NCBI RefSeq assembly: GCF_001447785.1
Contig: NW_015161414.1
Coordinates: forward strand, 154,768 to 218,767
Direction of reading: 5' to 3'
Origin: Gekko japonicus
Taxonomy: Eukaryota
DNA: 64,000 nucleotides
Position numbers and translations under genes: made by a program. The notes under the pieces are model-generated. The model was not told where the DNA came from, searched no databases, and was given only the letters and a program-made list of their open reading frames with translations. Below, piece after piece: positions 1 to 14,052 of this stretch (within the stretch, counting starts at the first letter, position 1; each line of letters starts with the position of its first letter).

Positions 1-111
1 TGTCTTTGCTACTGTTGGGTTCGTTTTTGCCACTAATATCTGCCCACCACCAATAGCCACAGCTTGCTTGACAGTTGCAGGTAAAGCAGACCCGACTGGA
101 ACACCAACGAC
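1..111 (-). CDS. YEATS2: YEATS2 coding exon 15 (partial)
   Basis: ttgcag|GTC acceptor; VVGVPVGSALPATVKQAVAIGGGQILVAK. Confidence 0.93.
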
Positions 112-678
112 CTGCAATAAAATATATGCAGTGTTTATATGACAGTAGCTACTGGATTAAAGTATCTGAACTAGTAGCTGCACAGGATGGGTCTGCAGGG
201 TAGTTTTCTGAGAACAGAGCAAACCAACTTGACAGAGAACACCTCTTAAACTAGTGTGAGACAGCCCTGTACTGATTCTATCCCTGAACACTCCTGTAGC
301 ACTAATTTCATCAGCAGCGCAGACAAGTATAGAGTGGAACAGCATCTTCAACATATTCCAACCTCACTGTTTGGAACCCACATGTAGACGGCAGGCATTT
401 CAGGTGAGCTGTATGAATACTGGTCAAGGAGCAAGACCAACACACACAGAGAGAAAATAATCTCTCTCTTTTGGAAAACTATGTATGTTGCCGTGGATGA
501 ATGGCAGCATAATAGCGTGGTAGAAAAAATAGATCGTTAGATACAGTAAAAGGTAAAACAGCATAAAATAAAAGCAAGTCCACCATGCAAGCTGGAGTTA
601 AAGGGGGTCTCTGGTATGAACAATGTTGAAGGCCACTGCTCTAGAAGCCAATATCTCATCTAAATACACCTGGAGAGG

Positions 679-727
679 NNNNNNNNNNNNNNNNNNNNNN
701 NNNNNNNNNNNNNNNNNNNNNNNNNNN
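679..727. other. Assembly gap (N)
   Basis: Run of N. Confidence 1.
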
Positions 728-853
728 TTCACAGTTAGATGATGAGTTCTCTTCCTTAACAGAACAAGCAAGCACACTGCAGTACTGAAAGAGGATTGTT
801 GGAGGCAACATGGAATGGCTACAAAGCAAAAACAGATACAAAATAAAATCTAC

Positions 854-1027
854 CTTGGATGGTGCAGAGCCTTCTCCTGTGCTCACTATCTGCTTCTGAG
901 GTGACAAAGCAATCATGTGACTTCCTTTGACAGTGACATACTGCGGCACAGAGGTCTGAGAAGCTGCCCCAGCTGGCGGTGCTGGAGATGGCTGGGGCAG
1001 TTCTCCAGGCTCCTGCTTTATTATCAC
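854..1027 (-). CDS. YEATS2: YEATS2 coding exon 14
   Basis: VIIKQEPGE...QYVTVKGSHMIALSPQKQ...PSK; AG/GT boundaries; 174 nt. Confidence 0.93.
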
Positions 1028-1224
1028 CTTTAAATAATAAAAGTGGCAAGTTAAAATTTTTAAGTTCCACCAAAAAAGGACATCCATCTTTTACAAGAAA
1101 GGATGAAGCTGCTAGACGGAGCATGAAGTCAGTAGATGATAGGAACAACTGTTCCTCAAAAATCCATATCATCTTTTCTTTCATTTTCGTAACAGTTAGC
1201 TTCAGAGAGAAGCCACCAGGATCA

Positions 1225-1261
1225 GTATGTATGTATGTATGTATGTATGTATGTATGTATG
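1225..1261. repeat. (GTAT)n microsatellite
   Basis: About 9 perfect copies. Confidence 0.95.
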
Positions 1262-1946
1262 AAGACACACAGGTCAATGCATTAACTAAAAGCCGGCTTG
1301 TTTTGCATTGAAGAAGTACATGTTAGTAATAAAAGCATTTCTGAGCTCTGGCCAGAGTTGCAGCCAAATATCTCCTACAAAATAATAGTAACTATATAAT
1401 GTAGACTACTAATAATTTGTCAAAAGAAGTCAAAGTAAACTTCAGAAGATATTCTTTCTATGCATGGTACAGAAGGAACAATACACTATTAAAACAGGTT
1501 CTTTCATTAAAGAGGCCAGCTTGGTATAAACAGGTCTAGTAACAATCTTGAACAATCTGGTTACAACCTTGAAAATTTGTTTTGTGAGGCACACAGAAAC
1601 TAACATTTCATCAGACACAGCGACCCATAGTTACCAATGGCTTAAAAAATTACAACTTATCTTTACATAAACCCCAAAGCAGCAAACGTATAATAGGCAT
1701 TTAAATTTCCGCAGCTGCTGTACAAAAGGATATAAAAAGGGGGATGGGGGAGAAAGCAGTGGAAAGGAAAGCAATAATCTGGTAGGGAGGGCAGTGGAAC
1801 GGCAATACCAGAGCCCTACATAGGTAGAATAAAGAAACATTTTCTCCAAGTATACATTTAGAATGCTTTATGGCAATTGTTATTGTGAGATGGAGTGGCC
1901 CCCTGTTGCTACACACTGAAAAAGGAATAAAGGACTCCCCCCATAC

Positions 1947-2054
1947 CTTTGTAAATGTTCCAAGTCCTCCTGTCACAGATTTAGGGCTTTGTACCTTGGA
2001 GTGACTCCCAATTGGACAAAGAGGTGGCATGGTTGCAAAAAGTGAATCCTCTTG
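1947..2054 (-). CDS. YEATS2: YEATS2 coding exon 13
   Basis: QEDSLFATMPPLCPIGSHSKVQSPKSVTGGLGTFTK; 108 nt; AG/GT. Confidence 0.95.
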
Positions 2055-3715
2055 CTAGGATGAAAAGGCAAGTCAAAAACTAAGTTAAAAAATACAGGGT
2101 TTTTCAAAGATCGTTATTTTGGTTACAAGGAATGAACTTTCAGACAAGAAATGTAACGCAAGTTTGCAAAATGGTCTTGCTTTCATTCTGGCCCAGAAAG
2201 CTAGGACCATCCAGAAAGGAATGTCATACATTGCACTAACTTCTATTTGTGCATAATACATTTTCAGTGTAATTCTAAGCAGAGTTATAGCCTTCTAAGC
2301 CATTTACTTCAAGGGACAGCAGGGTGTAACACTACTTAGGACTACACCATTAATCGTTTTTATTTTCAATTGTGAAGTGACTGGTAAAAATATAGAATTT
2401 AAGTTAAACTGATCTTTTTTGTTTGTTGAATAACCAGTAGAGACCAACAGAGATAGCCACATTGACTTTAATTAGCATAGTATTAAAGATTTCTTCTCCT
2501 ATGCAACGGTTCTCTGTGCCCTACTATGAACTCACAGAATTAGTACCCAAAGTATCCATCACCCTGTGAATTACCATAATTATCTGGCGCAATCAGCTCT
2601 GTGTCTGCTAAGAAATGAGCTGCTCCCAGTACTTTGCAGCTGAGGAGGTTTCCAAACATCAGCAGAGCCTTGGAATTCCCCCCCCCTCCCCCGGCCTCCA
2701 GCATGATTCCATAAATATTATTCTGGTAGCTATGAAGTTGTCAAGTGCTACCTGTCTGCTTGAACTCTGCTACAGAACTATAAAAACAACACATTTGCTG
2801 AAAAAGATACATACCACAGTTAACCAGAAATGCAATCAAAAGCACAGCCTTTTGGAGAGGAACATTTCTCCCATACTGTGACTGCTAAAATGACCACCCT
2901 CCACCAGAATTCCTTATTTAAAAGAACGTATCCGAACTGATTTAAGATGGCAAGCTCATTATACTACCCTGAAACGTACACTGGGGCGGAACTGCACGTT
3001 ACATTTAATTCTGTGGTACTTTTAAAAGACAGCTTTTCTGTTTCAAATGGAGCTGCTGGTCCTGTTTATTCAAGGGGAAGAAGGGCTTTTTAAAACTTTC
3101 CTCCTCTGCTACTTTCCTGTTGAAAGATGGCATGCCGAAGAAGTTTGTCTCCAGCAGGGGAATAAAGCAGGACCATGAATAGTGTGCTTCAGTGGAAAAA
3201 CAGGTGAGGAGGAAAGAGTTAAAAAGCCTCTCCCCCTTGAAAAAGCAGCCCTAGCAGTTGCAAAACAAGTTTTAAGAAATGATCTCAGAACTAAACACAG
3301 TGTCGTTCTGACCAATCCTTTGCACATACAGAAGTGGGAACAATCTTTATTGACCTCAGTGAGAATTAATTATGAGTGAATACATGATTATGCTGCAGAT
3401 ATGTATTTGGGCTCCTGCAAACTCCTATGAAAAGAAGAGAGTAATACAACAGGCTCTAAGAAAATGGTGGCTTTTGGTCAGAGAATTCTGAGGATACACC
3501 ACATGCGATACTCAGTGAAAGCTCTGGAAATGGATCTCGAGAGAGGTTTAAAGTGCTTAACACCAACCACTCCAACCAAAACTCCACAGATGCAACACCA
3601 CACAACTGCAGGAGCACATGTCATGGAATGCTGACTTAAAAGAAATAGCATAGAATACATTGTGTACTGCTCTACAGAAGGGTTTTCAAACAAACAGAAA
3701 AAAACCAAATGTCAC

Positions 3716-3819
3716 CTTGACAGCAGAGGTTACAGAACTGCTTCCATGGTTCTTTGAGATTGGAGACCCAGTTCCATGAGAGGCTTGGGAGACACTGGTA
3801 GCCTTACTTGCAGAGCTAC
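3716..3819 (-). CDS. YEATS2: YEATS2 coding exon 12
   Basis: SSASKATSVSQASHGTGSPISKNHGSSSVTSAVK; 104 nt; phase 1 to 0. Confidence 0.92.
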
Positions 3820-3919
3820 CTACACAATGGAAAATACAGCAGCCATCAGCACAGATACATTCAGCCATGCTCTGTGCTACTGTAATTTACTCCAGCTATT
3901 GACATATTACAGGATGTGC

Positions 3920-4090
3920 AATGGTATAGCCCACTCTCATCAGATCTCAGAAACAGGATAGATGCTTGCATGGGGGACCACCAAGGAAGACTCTGCAGAG
4001 GAAGGCAATAGCAAACCACCTCTGCTTAGTCAACTTTCCTTGAAAACCCCTTGCTGGGGATGCCTTAAGTTGGTTGCAACTTGGCAAAAC
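3920..4090 (+). mobile_element. Degenerate 5S rRNA-derived SINE
   Basis: 5S-like head followed by the gcagaggaaggcaat.gcaaaccacctct body shared with the 30238 and 38990 copies. Confidence 0.6.
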
Positions 4091-5245
4091 ATACAGGCAC
4101 GTTAACATGTTACAGCTCCTAGAACAGAAATGCCTTTTTCTTGCTAGACTGACGGTGGAACATAACAGCAACTGCTATGCTGTGTCTTCTTAGAAAAAAA
4201 ATCTTTGAAATGGAGACTTCCAGCAGGATGGCACTTTCATTCTGTTCCATACACCAGTGGCAAGAAGAGATGCTCATTTCCTGCTTCACACTGTCTCACT
4301 ATTGAGAAGTACACAAGTAAAACTCATTTCTCGCCCAGGTAGATCCTCTGTGGTGACTCCACTAGGACCATGAAAAGATGCTGTCCCCACCCCCCATATC
4401 TTTCTTCATAATGGTGCTGACCTAGTTCTGGGTGGGGAAATATTGCCCACCCTCAGGCTCATTCCCACTCCAGGCTTTAGATGGATGGCACAAGGTAGGG
4501 AAGCAAACGTGCACAATGAAATAACTTTTTAAAGAACTATCTTTGCTGAAAAGTGCTGTATTTGAGCTGAAGTCAGATAACAGGAAAGTTCAGACTGTGA
4601 CGATTATATATGCTTGTGATGGTTCATTTACCCATGCAACGACAACAAAACTTGATGCAGTCACAGAATATACATGCAAGCAAAAGGGATAAACACAGTT
4701 CTCTTGGAAACAGATTATTAGGCACTGGAAACTGATCAAAGGAATATGGGGCTCCTATGGATCTAAAATAGGCAGACAATATGCTTTGAAGATCCAAAGG
4801 GGAGTGATCTCAGGGAAGCCTTTAAAAAAAGAAAAAGAAAATGGTTGTTCCACTGGCCTCCAACAAATACAAAGATGAAGCAAACAAATCTCTTTTGTTG
4901 GTCTGGTTGGGGAAAGGGCAGCTGGGCTTTCTGGTCCTGCATCACTGAGGACACATGCTGTATAGCTCCAGAGAGGTAGCCATGTTAGCCAGTTGCAGCA
5001 AAAATAAAGAGAAGTTTTACTGCAGTTTAAAATACTGAAATACTTTATTTTAGTGTAGGCAGATCACTAGGTGTGTGTGTGTGTGTATGAAGTTGTGCAT
5101 GAAGTTATGAAAAAACCCTACACAGCAAGGTCAAAGAGCCATGGAATGCAGGAAGTACAAGGTGAGATGTAATGGTGCAAAACTCAAATGTAATGATGAG
5201 AGAGTATTCCCACGCACAAAGTACACAGACCCCAGACATACATAC

Positions 5246-5404
5246 TTGTGCTAGTGGCCACTGCTCCAATTGGTTGGCCAGGCTTATCCACAATAACGTA
5301 AGGGTTACTAACTACAGGGGTGGCAGGTCCTTGCTTCATGTGCACAGGAGTAGAGGTTGGAGTGCGAGGTAGAGGAGAAGGACTTGGGGTTGATATAGGA
5401 GAAC
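5246..5404 (-). CDS. YEATS2: YEATS2 coding exon 11
   Basis: GSPISTPSPSPLPRTPTSTPVHMKQG...NPYVIVDKPGQ; 159 nt; missed by the ORF track. Confidence 0.94.
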
Positions 5405-5968
5405 CTACAGAAAACAGAAATTTCCATGTTATGTATCAGACAGATACTCCAAAGAAAGGGTCAAAAGCAGCAATTTGTAGAATAGTAAATTATAGTTCAA
5501 AGACAGAGCTGAGTCACCGGGCTCTAAGGGCAGAAGTAGCCCTTTGAAAACCAAGAAGCAGCCATGTTCCCCCCAGAAGCTGGCATCTGGAGAGGTAGTC
5601 CATGCACCAAAAGGGGTTCTATTCTTCCCCTCACAGTTCCTTCAGCAAGCCATACACAAACTTTACATTTAATAGATTTTGTTTAAGCCAATTCTTGCCT
5701 CCTTTCCTTAGAGATAGCACAGCTGTGTGATAATAAGTGCATATCAAGAAACCAACCACCACTGATATCCAGAGGCATGGGTGTGGGGGAGAGTGAGTGA
5801 GTGCTTTAAGGGCAGTTCAATGGGATGCTCCTGGGAACATTGGCCACCTCTGGTATGTTGTTTTTCCATCGGGCAGAAGGATGGAAAGAATGCACTCCAG
5901 GACAAGGCCAGCAACTTTACTCTTATCTTCCTTTTGTGATATAATTATATGCATAAATGGAGCAATAC

Positions 5969-6202
5969 CTGATACAATCTTGCAGCTCATTGTGATTGGC
6001 TGGAAAGACTTGCCAGGCGATTCAGCAGGGCTCGGGATTTGGCCTTGAGGCACTATTTTGCAACTAGCTGCAATCGGCTGAAAAGCTGAGTTGCTGTGGG
6101 AGCCAAAAGTAACTTTCTGGGTTGCCAGCTTTGTGGGAGTTCTTTCTAAGGACGATGTCAAAGAGTAAAAAGTCGTATGTCTTTCAGCTTCAGCACTGAA
6201 CC
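5969..6202 (-). CDS. YEATS2: YEATS2 coding exon 10
   Basis: GFSAEAERHTTFY...SFQPITMSCKIVS; 234 nt; AG/GT. Confidence 0.95.
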
Positions 6203-6501
6203 CTGGTTGAGGACAATAAAAAGTGTTGCTAAGTGTCTCCAAACAGGCAAATCAAAAGTTTCACAGAAGAGCTATAAATAATTTTACCTTCACATTTGGC
6301 ACCTTCCTATTCTAAAAACAAACAGGGAATTTATTCCATAAAACACTTCCTGTCTTTCCACATTAAAGCCACACATCATTAAGGATATGTCCCCAAACAA
6401 CTTCCAATATCAAAAGTTATTAAGAGTTATAGAAAACTGTCCATGGCATAACTGCCCTTAGTGTCTATGTGTACAGCAACACTCACCATGCAGGTCTTTA
6501 C

Positions 6502-6691
6502 CTTTTTCAACAGAAGCATCTGAAATGGACTCATGCCTTTGTTTAATAGGTGAAGATGCCTTAACGGGGGCTGGCATATTTAGTGGCAACTGCAGTGAGG
6601 TAGGGGCATCAGAAAGATCAGAATCTGAAGACTGGGAGAAGAGATATTCTTTCCGAAGGGAATGCAACCGATGCAACTCAACATCCACTAC
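6502..6691 (-). CDS. YEATS2: YEATS2 coding exon 9
   Basis: VVDVELHR...APVKASSPIKQ...SVEK; 190 nt. Confidence 0.95.
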
Positions 6692-7713
6692 CTTTCAACA
6701 AGACAAAGGAAAACCACAGTAACATGATCCATACCTATACATAAGATAGTGAAAATCCAAACCAGTTGATTTTATTATGTATCTTATTACTACGGACAAG
6801 AGTTTCCCAGCCCTCTGCATCCATATGAACATATGAAGTAGAGTCAAGCTAGTGGCTCATCTAGTTCACTTTCTTATACTTTCTGACCCTATATGGCACT
6901 CATCCTTTGCCTGAAGATGCCTGAAAGTGAATGGGGGACCTTTTGCACTCATAGCATGTGGTCTACCACTGAGCCCCAGCCCCTCACCTCCACCTTAAGG
7001 GGTTGTGTATTTTTTTTGCTTTGCAATTACACTGAAACAGCTAAAATCCAACCTGAACTGCACCCCATAGCTCCATAAGCAGCCACCCACATGAATAGCG
7101 TAACATACAAAAAATGCTTTAGTAAAAGCTCATAGGCTGGAACAAGCAAGGATCTGATTCTCATCTCTGACATCCTACCCTTTCACAACCTGCCATTTTT
7201 CTTCAATGGAAATCTCATAATTCTACAGTTCTGATACAGTTAATGCACTTGGAATCACAACGGCAGAATTCTTAGTTGCTTCAACTGGCACACAGCATGC
7301 CTGGAAGGACATGAGAAAAAACACTTGCTCTCTCCACACAGCCAAGCATCTTTTACATGAGGGATTCTCAGGAGCTTCCTCAGGGCCACGTCACCCCTTT
7401 CCATTCAACTCACTTGCTCCCTACTCAGCAAAACCAGATCAAGTCCCCAAGCATCTATCTCTTGCCACTTGTAAGAAGTCAGGAAAATCTCACCCTAGAC
7501 CTACTTGGTCAGCACCCATCACCATCATACTGACTGATGCCAAGCTTGACATGCAAAACCAGTTTCAGTGTATGGCAGGAACAGCAGCACAATTTTTAAA
7601 AATGCTTTCAGTACAACACTCAAAGCATTTTTGCTAGGAAGAATCACAAATCCTATTTTACAGTCTTGCACACACATTAAAAAGACTGTGGAAAGATTTT
7701 TTTAAAATCCTAC

Positions 7714-7758
7714 CGTTTCAGCTCCCAACGTCTGCAGACCAGTATATGTTCTATCCAA
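7714..7758 (-). CDS. YEATS2: YEATS2 coding exon 8 (YEATS domain)
   Basis: LDRTYTGLQTLGAET; 45 nt; cacag|TTG and ACG|gtagg. Confidence 0.95.
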
Positions 7759-8626
7759 CTGTGTGAAACAATTAGGTAAAGGAAAAATATAACTGTTTTT
7801 GCCACTAACTTTAGGAAATACAGACACATATTATTTAACAGTGAAATGTAAACACAACTCCTCAGCTTTTGAGTATGTATGCAGAACCCCCCCATTTCCC
7901 AAAGGTAGGAACCAGAAACATACAAAAGCTACTTTCCCATTTTGTGTAATTCTAACGGCTGGGTGCTCCTACTGCAAACTTTTAATAATTTGCTTGTCCT
8001 TAACGAGAAATACCTAACAGTTACACTACAATAATAGTTTTAAACATACTTAGTTTGGGGCAATGCAAGCTCTATAAGAAAGGGTCATGTCACGAACTTT
8101 CATGTGAGCTGAATAAATTCCTAGGATGACCCTTCATATTCTTATAATTCGGCCAGCTTCTCTATATTCTGAATATACAGATTTTTTCTCTTGCAGCAGT
8201 AAATAACTTCGATTTTATCCTGAAGAAATTTTTGAGAGGGGGAACAATGCAATCTTATATGAAACTTCACAAGCCTCCACATGTACATCAGAGCTGCTGG
8301 ATGAATTTTACAATTGAAAGAGCACACCTGTTCTGCCCAGAAAAGGACACAACAAACAAAGTCCGTGGAGCACAATTTTCCCACATTCCCGCTCCTGTGG
8401 CAGCCCAAAACCTCCCCTCAGTCCTGTGCCCGGGAGTCCTTCTTCCCCAGGAACAGGGGAATTTTAGGGCTGTTGCAGAAAGGGGGAAGCAGTAAAACAG
8501 TACACCACAATCCTTGTACCAGCAGAAATGTTATCCTGGAGCCAAGCCAAAGTCAACTAGCTTATCAGCTGGGGAAGTAAAGAACAGGGCTTTGTTATTT
8601 ATGCACTGTCACTGTGGCCAAGTTAC

Positions 8627-8738
8627 CTTTAGATGGTGTATGATATCAATCCTTTTGTTCCGGATATCCTTAAAGTGGATCTGAACCCTCACAGGAAACT
8701 CACCCCAGCCCCGCCTTGTGAGATGGAAAGGAGGCTCT
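8627..8738 (-). CDS. YEATS2: YEATS2 coding exon 7 (YEATS domain)
   Basis: [24 protein letters not shown]...; GWGEF YEATS signature; 112 nt. Confidence 0.97.
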
Positions 8739-9199
8739 CTATAAACAAAAACATTGCATATGCTTTCATTAATCTTCAACACAAGTTTTCAACTATGCAT
8801 AACATCGTAGAAAAGAAATAGTTAACTCACATGCAAAGAATTGCTGACTTGGGGGGAGGGGTGAAGAAACAGCAGTCCCGGTTGAGTCAGGAGGAGCAAC
8901 ATAGGTGATGTTAAAATACTTGGAAAAGCATCCTTTTGTTCCAAATAAATTCTGCAAAAACTTTTCAAACTTTCCTACCTTTACTTATTTGATCCTAGAA
9001 AGAATTTTGTGCCCCAGATAGTTCCAAATCACTGAACTACAAACCTGAAATACTATATAGCTTGAATATATTACAAAGCAGCAAACTGCGCATTATACAC
9101 AAATGCATGTAATAAAGCCATGCCTGCTGCTGCTGTTTTTTTAAGCAGAAGAGAAGCATTTTCCTCCCTGTGCCATGTACTTTATAATCATGCTAGCTT

Positions 9200-9531
9200 T
9201 AGGGTTGCCAAGTCCCTTTATACTCACCGGCGGGGGAGGCTCTGCTGGCTCTGGGAGCCGGCTCCGCATGCGCGCCACCAGCACGTCAACGGAAGTGACG
9301 TGCGACGTCACTCACGTTGTGGCCGTGGCCCAGATCGTCGGGGGAAACCATATGGTCCCGTCCCCCCCGACGATCTGGGCCACGCCCCCAACGTGAGCGA
9401 CGTGGCTGCATCACCTCTGGTGACGCAGCTTTGGGGGGCAGAGTTCCCCCCGGGGCCCAATTCCGCCACGGCAGAAATTGGGCCTCCAAAGCGGGGGGTT
9501 CCCCGCCCCCCGCCCCCACTTGGCAGCCCTA
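9200..9531. mobile_element. Non-autonomous hAT-type MITE with internal hairpin
   Basis: TIR TAGGGTTGCCAAGT...ACTTGGCAGCCCTA; 8-bp TSD gctagctt/gctcgctt; 39-bp internal inverted repeat. Confidence 0.85.
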
Positions 9532-9882
9532 GCTCGCTTTCTCCTGGGGCAAGATAACTGGCACTACTTGGCTAAAGCTATAGTTTGCTTGGTGATTGTG
9601 TTCTAATTTTTGTCTCAGAACTGCCAATAGAACCATGGTCTGTATCCTCAGCCCAATAATCTCCTTGTTCTTCACTGTGTTGTCCTGCTCCAGGAACAAT
9701 TTGTTATTCTTGCTCACACTGCTATGCAAAATTAATATGCAACAGCAGGCACCTCCAAATGCTTCCTTCAGGGAAAATGTCATAGAAGAGGTAGAACAAA
9801 GAAGTTACAGGAAGATGACAAGCTTCGAAAAACACTTCACTTAGACTAGGAAAAGCTGCAAGCATCAGTGAGAGCTCTGTTA

Positions 9883-10158
<276 letters not shown>

Positions 10159-11060
10159 TTATTTTCCACTTTAAAATCCTTTTCTCCAGATATAAAAATT
10201 TAAGACATTTCAAATTTATTTAATTTTACTTCAAAGTATTTCTTTACTCTCACAGCCTTTGTTTCTTATCTCTATTTTTCCTAATCCAAATGTTTTAACA
10301 TCTAACTGCAGTGTGAAAGGAAATTAATATTTTAGATTGTAGGGATCAAATCACTGATTTCATGGCCTTCCTCAAACCCTTCTCAATATTTTTACAGCAG
10401 TAATGCCAGAGATGTTAAATACCAGAAACACAGCCAATCATATTTTAGTATGGAAGTAATACCATGAGTGGATGTTTAATGTTCTAAACATTTTCTTGGC
10501 CATTCAATATTAAAAAATAATTGATTTAAAAGTCCTTCAAAACTACTCTGCTTTATATAATATAATCATAAGTAATCATCTCTGTATATATGCAGTTCTG
10601 AATTGTCAGCTTAGTTAAAGGTTACATTTAAAGAATTGTTCTGGAAAAGTTGAAAGTGAAGTATCCATTTGCTCTCATCATAAAAACAGATTATCATAAG
10701 CTGGTCTTCACACTGATTTTCAAGGATGTTCAACGAGTTTCAAAAAATGTTGGTTTCATACAGTACTGCACTGCCACATTAGCAGTTTGGATTATTCCTG
10801 CCCCCTCTCCCAAGCCACAATCAGCCACAATTTAGTGGCCTATGCAGCTTCCTGAACACATCCAATAGCTAAATTAGGAAGAGCTTTGGACACTAAAAGC
10901 CAAATTTGGATAGGTGGAACTTATTTTCAATTGTATAGCAGAGTCTATTTACCACCCATAATAATTCAGACTTTCATCTTACAATGATCTTGGCAGGTTC
11001 AGGGATATTGCATGCAATCCAAAAAGAAATCTAGAAAATACATGGAAGTAGAATACTAAC

Positions 11061-11176
11061 TTGGAGACGTTGCCGACCACTATGGTTTTCTTTATAAACA
11101 GCCGTGAATTCTCATCATTTGAGAGACTAGCATTTCTCAGCCCTCCTTTGCGATCACTTGCAACACCAGAAGTTCC
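11061..11176 (-). CDS. YEATS2: YEATS2 coding exon 5
   Basis: GTSG...SRLFIKKTIVVGNVSK; 116 nt. Confidence 0.94.
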
Positions 11177-12922
11177 CTGAGGGTAATTTTTTTTTGAAAT
11201 CCACTTAAGTACACATTTACTTGAAACATTTTCTCTGTGCACTAGAAAAACCAGCTACGTTTAAAGAAACCCCCCCCCCCCCCAACTCCCAAATGCCGCC
11301 ACCCAAAAAAACCTACAGTGAAGGTCAAAGCAGAAGTAGCCTTAGAAAACTATCAATAATACCTATTTTAAAATGGTCTCTTGCTTAGGGCATTTGAAAT
11401 AAATCACACACAGTGGCTTGGATCTACTGGAGCGTCTCTGTCCATGGTGGACCCAAGACTTTAAGAAAGACCTTTTCAAGTTGATTCAGAATGAAGCAGG
11501 AGACAGACAGATTTGAAAGAAAGTGAAAGTGCCTCCGTGCCCACCTTCCTGCTTCCTACTGGATAAAGAAGAGAGCCCCCAGTACCTGTACCACTAGCCA
11601 GCTGCAAGCAGGAAGAAAGATCTTTGTTTTCACAAGCATCTAAGATGAGAAGTGGAAACTTTCATAAAACTTCTGCCAGGGTAACCTCTTACCACATGCC
11701 CTCTCCAGGCCTCTAAAACAACCTGTCTACACAATGGCCAACTTTGATTTGAGGTACAGTGCAACTTAAGCCAACAGCAGTAAAATACATACATCCATTT
11801 AATGCTTACTTACCCATGGTTATCTTATACTAAAAAAGAGCAGCAGACACAATCTTATCACTTATCACTTTCAGCAAGTTGTTAAGATTGATGGTTTCAT
11901 GGGGATATCCAAGCTATTTAGATGCGTTAGTCTGGGCTGCCACTGGGTAGAATCTTTTGTCACAGAAATCTAACAGAGCACTGCAATGGTGCCATTTGAC
12001 AGCCTGCTAGCATATTAATGTATCTTCCTTGCAATCTGCAGTTGTGGTCATAGAGACTCATTTCAGCTATATTCTTTCTTAATCAGGGTTCTCCCACTAT
12101 TGCTCTGATACAAAGCTCCCTTCAGCAAAAAGATTTTGCACCTAAATAAAATGAGGTCCAGGTCTGCTAATACTGAAGGATTACATTTGTTCCCATTCCT
12201 CTGAGGATAAGGAATCATTCACTCACCACACTGAAAACTAAGATATTAAATAATATAATAATAATAATATTTATTGCATTAGCAAGAAAGCCATAGCAAC
12301 TGTACAGAATAAAAAAACACCAAAACAACAACAGCAACAAAAACCAGCACACACTTAAAATTATCAAATTTGTATATAGGTCAACAGTTATCAGCAATAA
12401 ACTAATTAAACTCAGGGAGATCTGTTTTCTTAATCACCGCAGCTAGAAAGGAAGCCACTATAGCCGTGGTTTGATTGTCAAGGAAGTTATCAGACAAAAG
12501 CACTGAAACTACCCAAGGAAGGAGAGGAAGCTTTTCTTTTCTCATAACGGGAATGATGTATCTCTCTCTTTCCTTAAACTAAGATATTTTTAGTGGAAAG
12601 AAACTGCCTCCCTCACTTAATCTGCTCTTAAGGTGCTACAAACTACAGAAACAATGCAAATTGGGAGCCATATGATGTTTACAGGCAATAAAGCCACAAC
12701 CAGGAAACAACAAATCCTGCAAATAATGCTGTGTCCACAGGAAATAAGCAGCCAAGAGCCCTTTCCAATATAGCTTTCTTCTAATGAGGGATGGAGGAAC
12801 AAGCTTTATGGAACTCCGAAGGCAGAGCAAAAGCCAGGAATTTTTTTCCAATAATTTCCCTTTCTATATTGAACAAAAATTATTTCTCCTACTTTTGAGG
12901 TCTAAAAACTACTACATTTTAC

Positions 12923-13162
12923 CTGTCCAGAATTCTTCTTAGGTCTCTGGTCCTGCTTGCTGGACAATCTCTCTTCTGCCTCCAGGTTACCATTGTCTTT
13001 TCCCATCAAGTAGTCTATGTGTTGAGATGACTCACATTCTGAATGGTTAATTGACAGGGTTTCTGAACCCTGATTGGCTGGAGATGATGATCTGGATGGA
13101 GAATCCACACATTTCTTGATGGATGGGTGGTTAAATACCATGGGGTCACATGTCTTGGTTCC
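12923..13162 (-). CDS. YEATS2: YEATS2 coding exon 4
   Basis: GTKTCDPMVFNHPSIKK...SPSRSSSPANQ...; 240 nt. Confidence 0.95.
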
Positions 13163-13857
13163 CTGAAATAACACAGCAGGCAGGGCATTTCAGCCTGGGT
13201 TAGGATTACAGCTACGGCAGAATGTGTGGAGTACAAACCACAAGCAGATCAGCTGGCTTTTAAGCTTTAGGGGATGCAGAATATGTCTGCATGATTTGTG
13301 CACAGAGACACACAGCATCCTCTGCAGGACCTCTGCTGATGAGGGCTGAACTACCTAATGTGACCGGGGAAAGAACTTTTGCCCTCACCAGAAAAGTACC
13401 ATAAACAGAATCTCTATCAGCCATTCAGTCCGACTGGGGAAAAGAGCACACACAGGGACTCATAAACCTGCTCCTTGCCACTGGTAACTCCAAAGTCTGG
13501 GAGAAGCATCAGGTATCTTCCTTGTCTCAACTTTCTCCCCAAGTGCAAATGTTAAGAATCAAATGGGCTCTTATCTTATCCTATCTTGGATTTGTTTCCT
13601 GATCATGCTACAGGGAGGTGGGATACTGAGAACTGGCCTTTTCATATAAGAGATCAGTTACTGTCAATAATGGGCAGAAGAAATATAACAGGTTGAAAAC
13701 CACAGCTGACCAGTCTAGCGAAGTACTATTTACTCTGCATCTTCTGAAGGATGTTTCAAACTATGACTAGCACCTAGTTAAAAATCAGCACCAGTCATTT
13801 TTGCCAAGTCTTGTTTTGCAAATATGCACATAATCTTTCTATTAACATAGTATTTAC

Positions 13858-13950
13858 TTCTCCAACTTTAAGAAGACCAGCAGAAGCATAATAGTTCGCA
13901 ACGATACAAGCACGCAGTTTATCCATCATTCTTCTTGCTTCAATCAGGCG
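13858..13950 (-). CDS. YEATS2: YEATS2 coding exon 3
   Basis: RLIEARRMMDKLRACIVANYYASAGLLKVGE; 93 nt. Confidence 0.96.
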
Positions 13951-14052
13951 CTAAAACAACAAAAGAGGAAAATACTGTTATGAATTACAGTGACTGCACA
14001 TTACAACCCCCTCCCCAAATAAATCAATGACAAGCAAGAGAGTGGTATGTAC

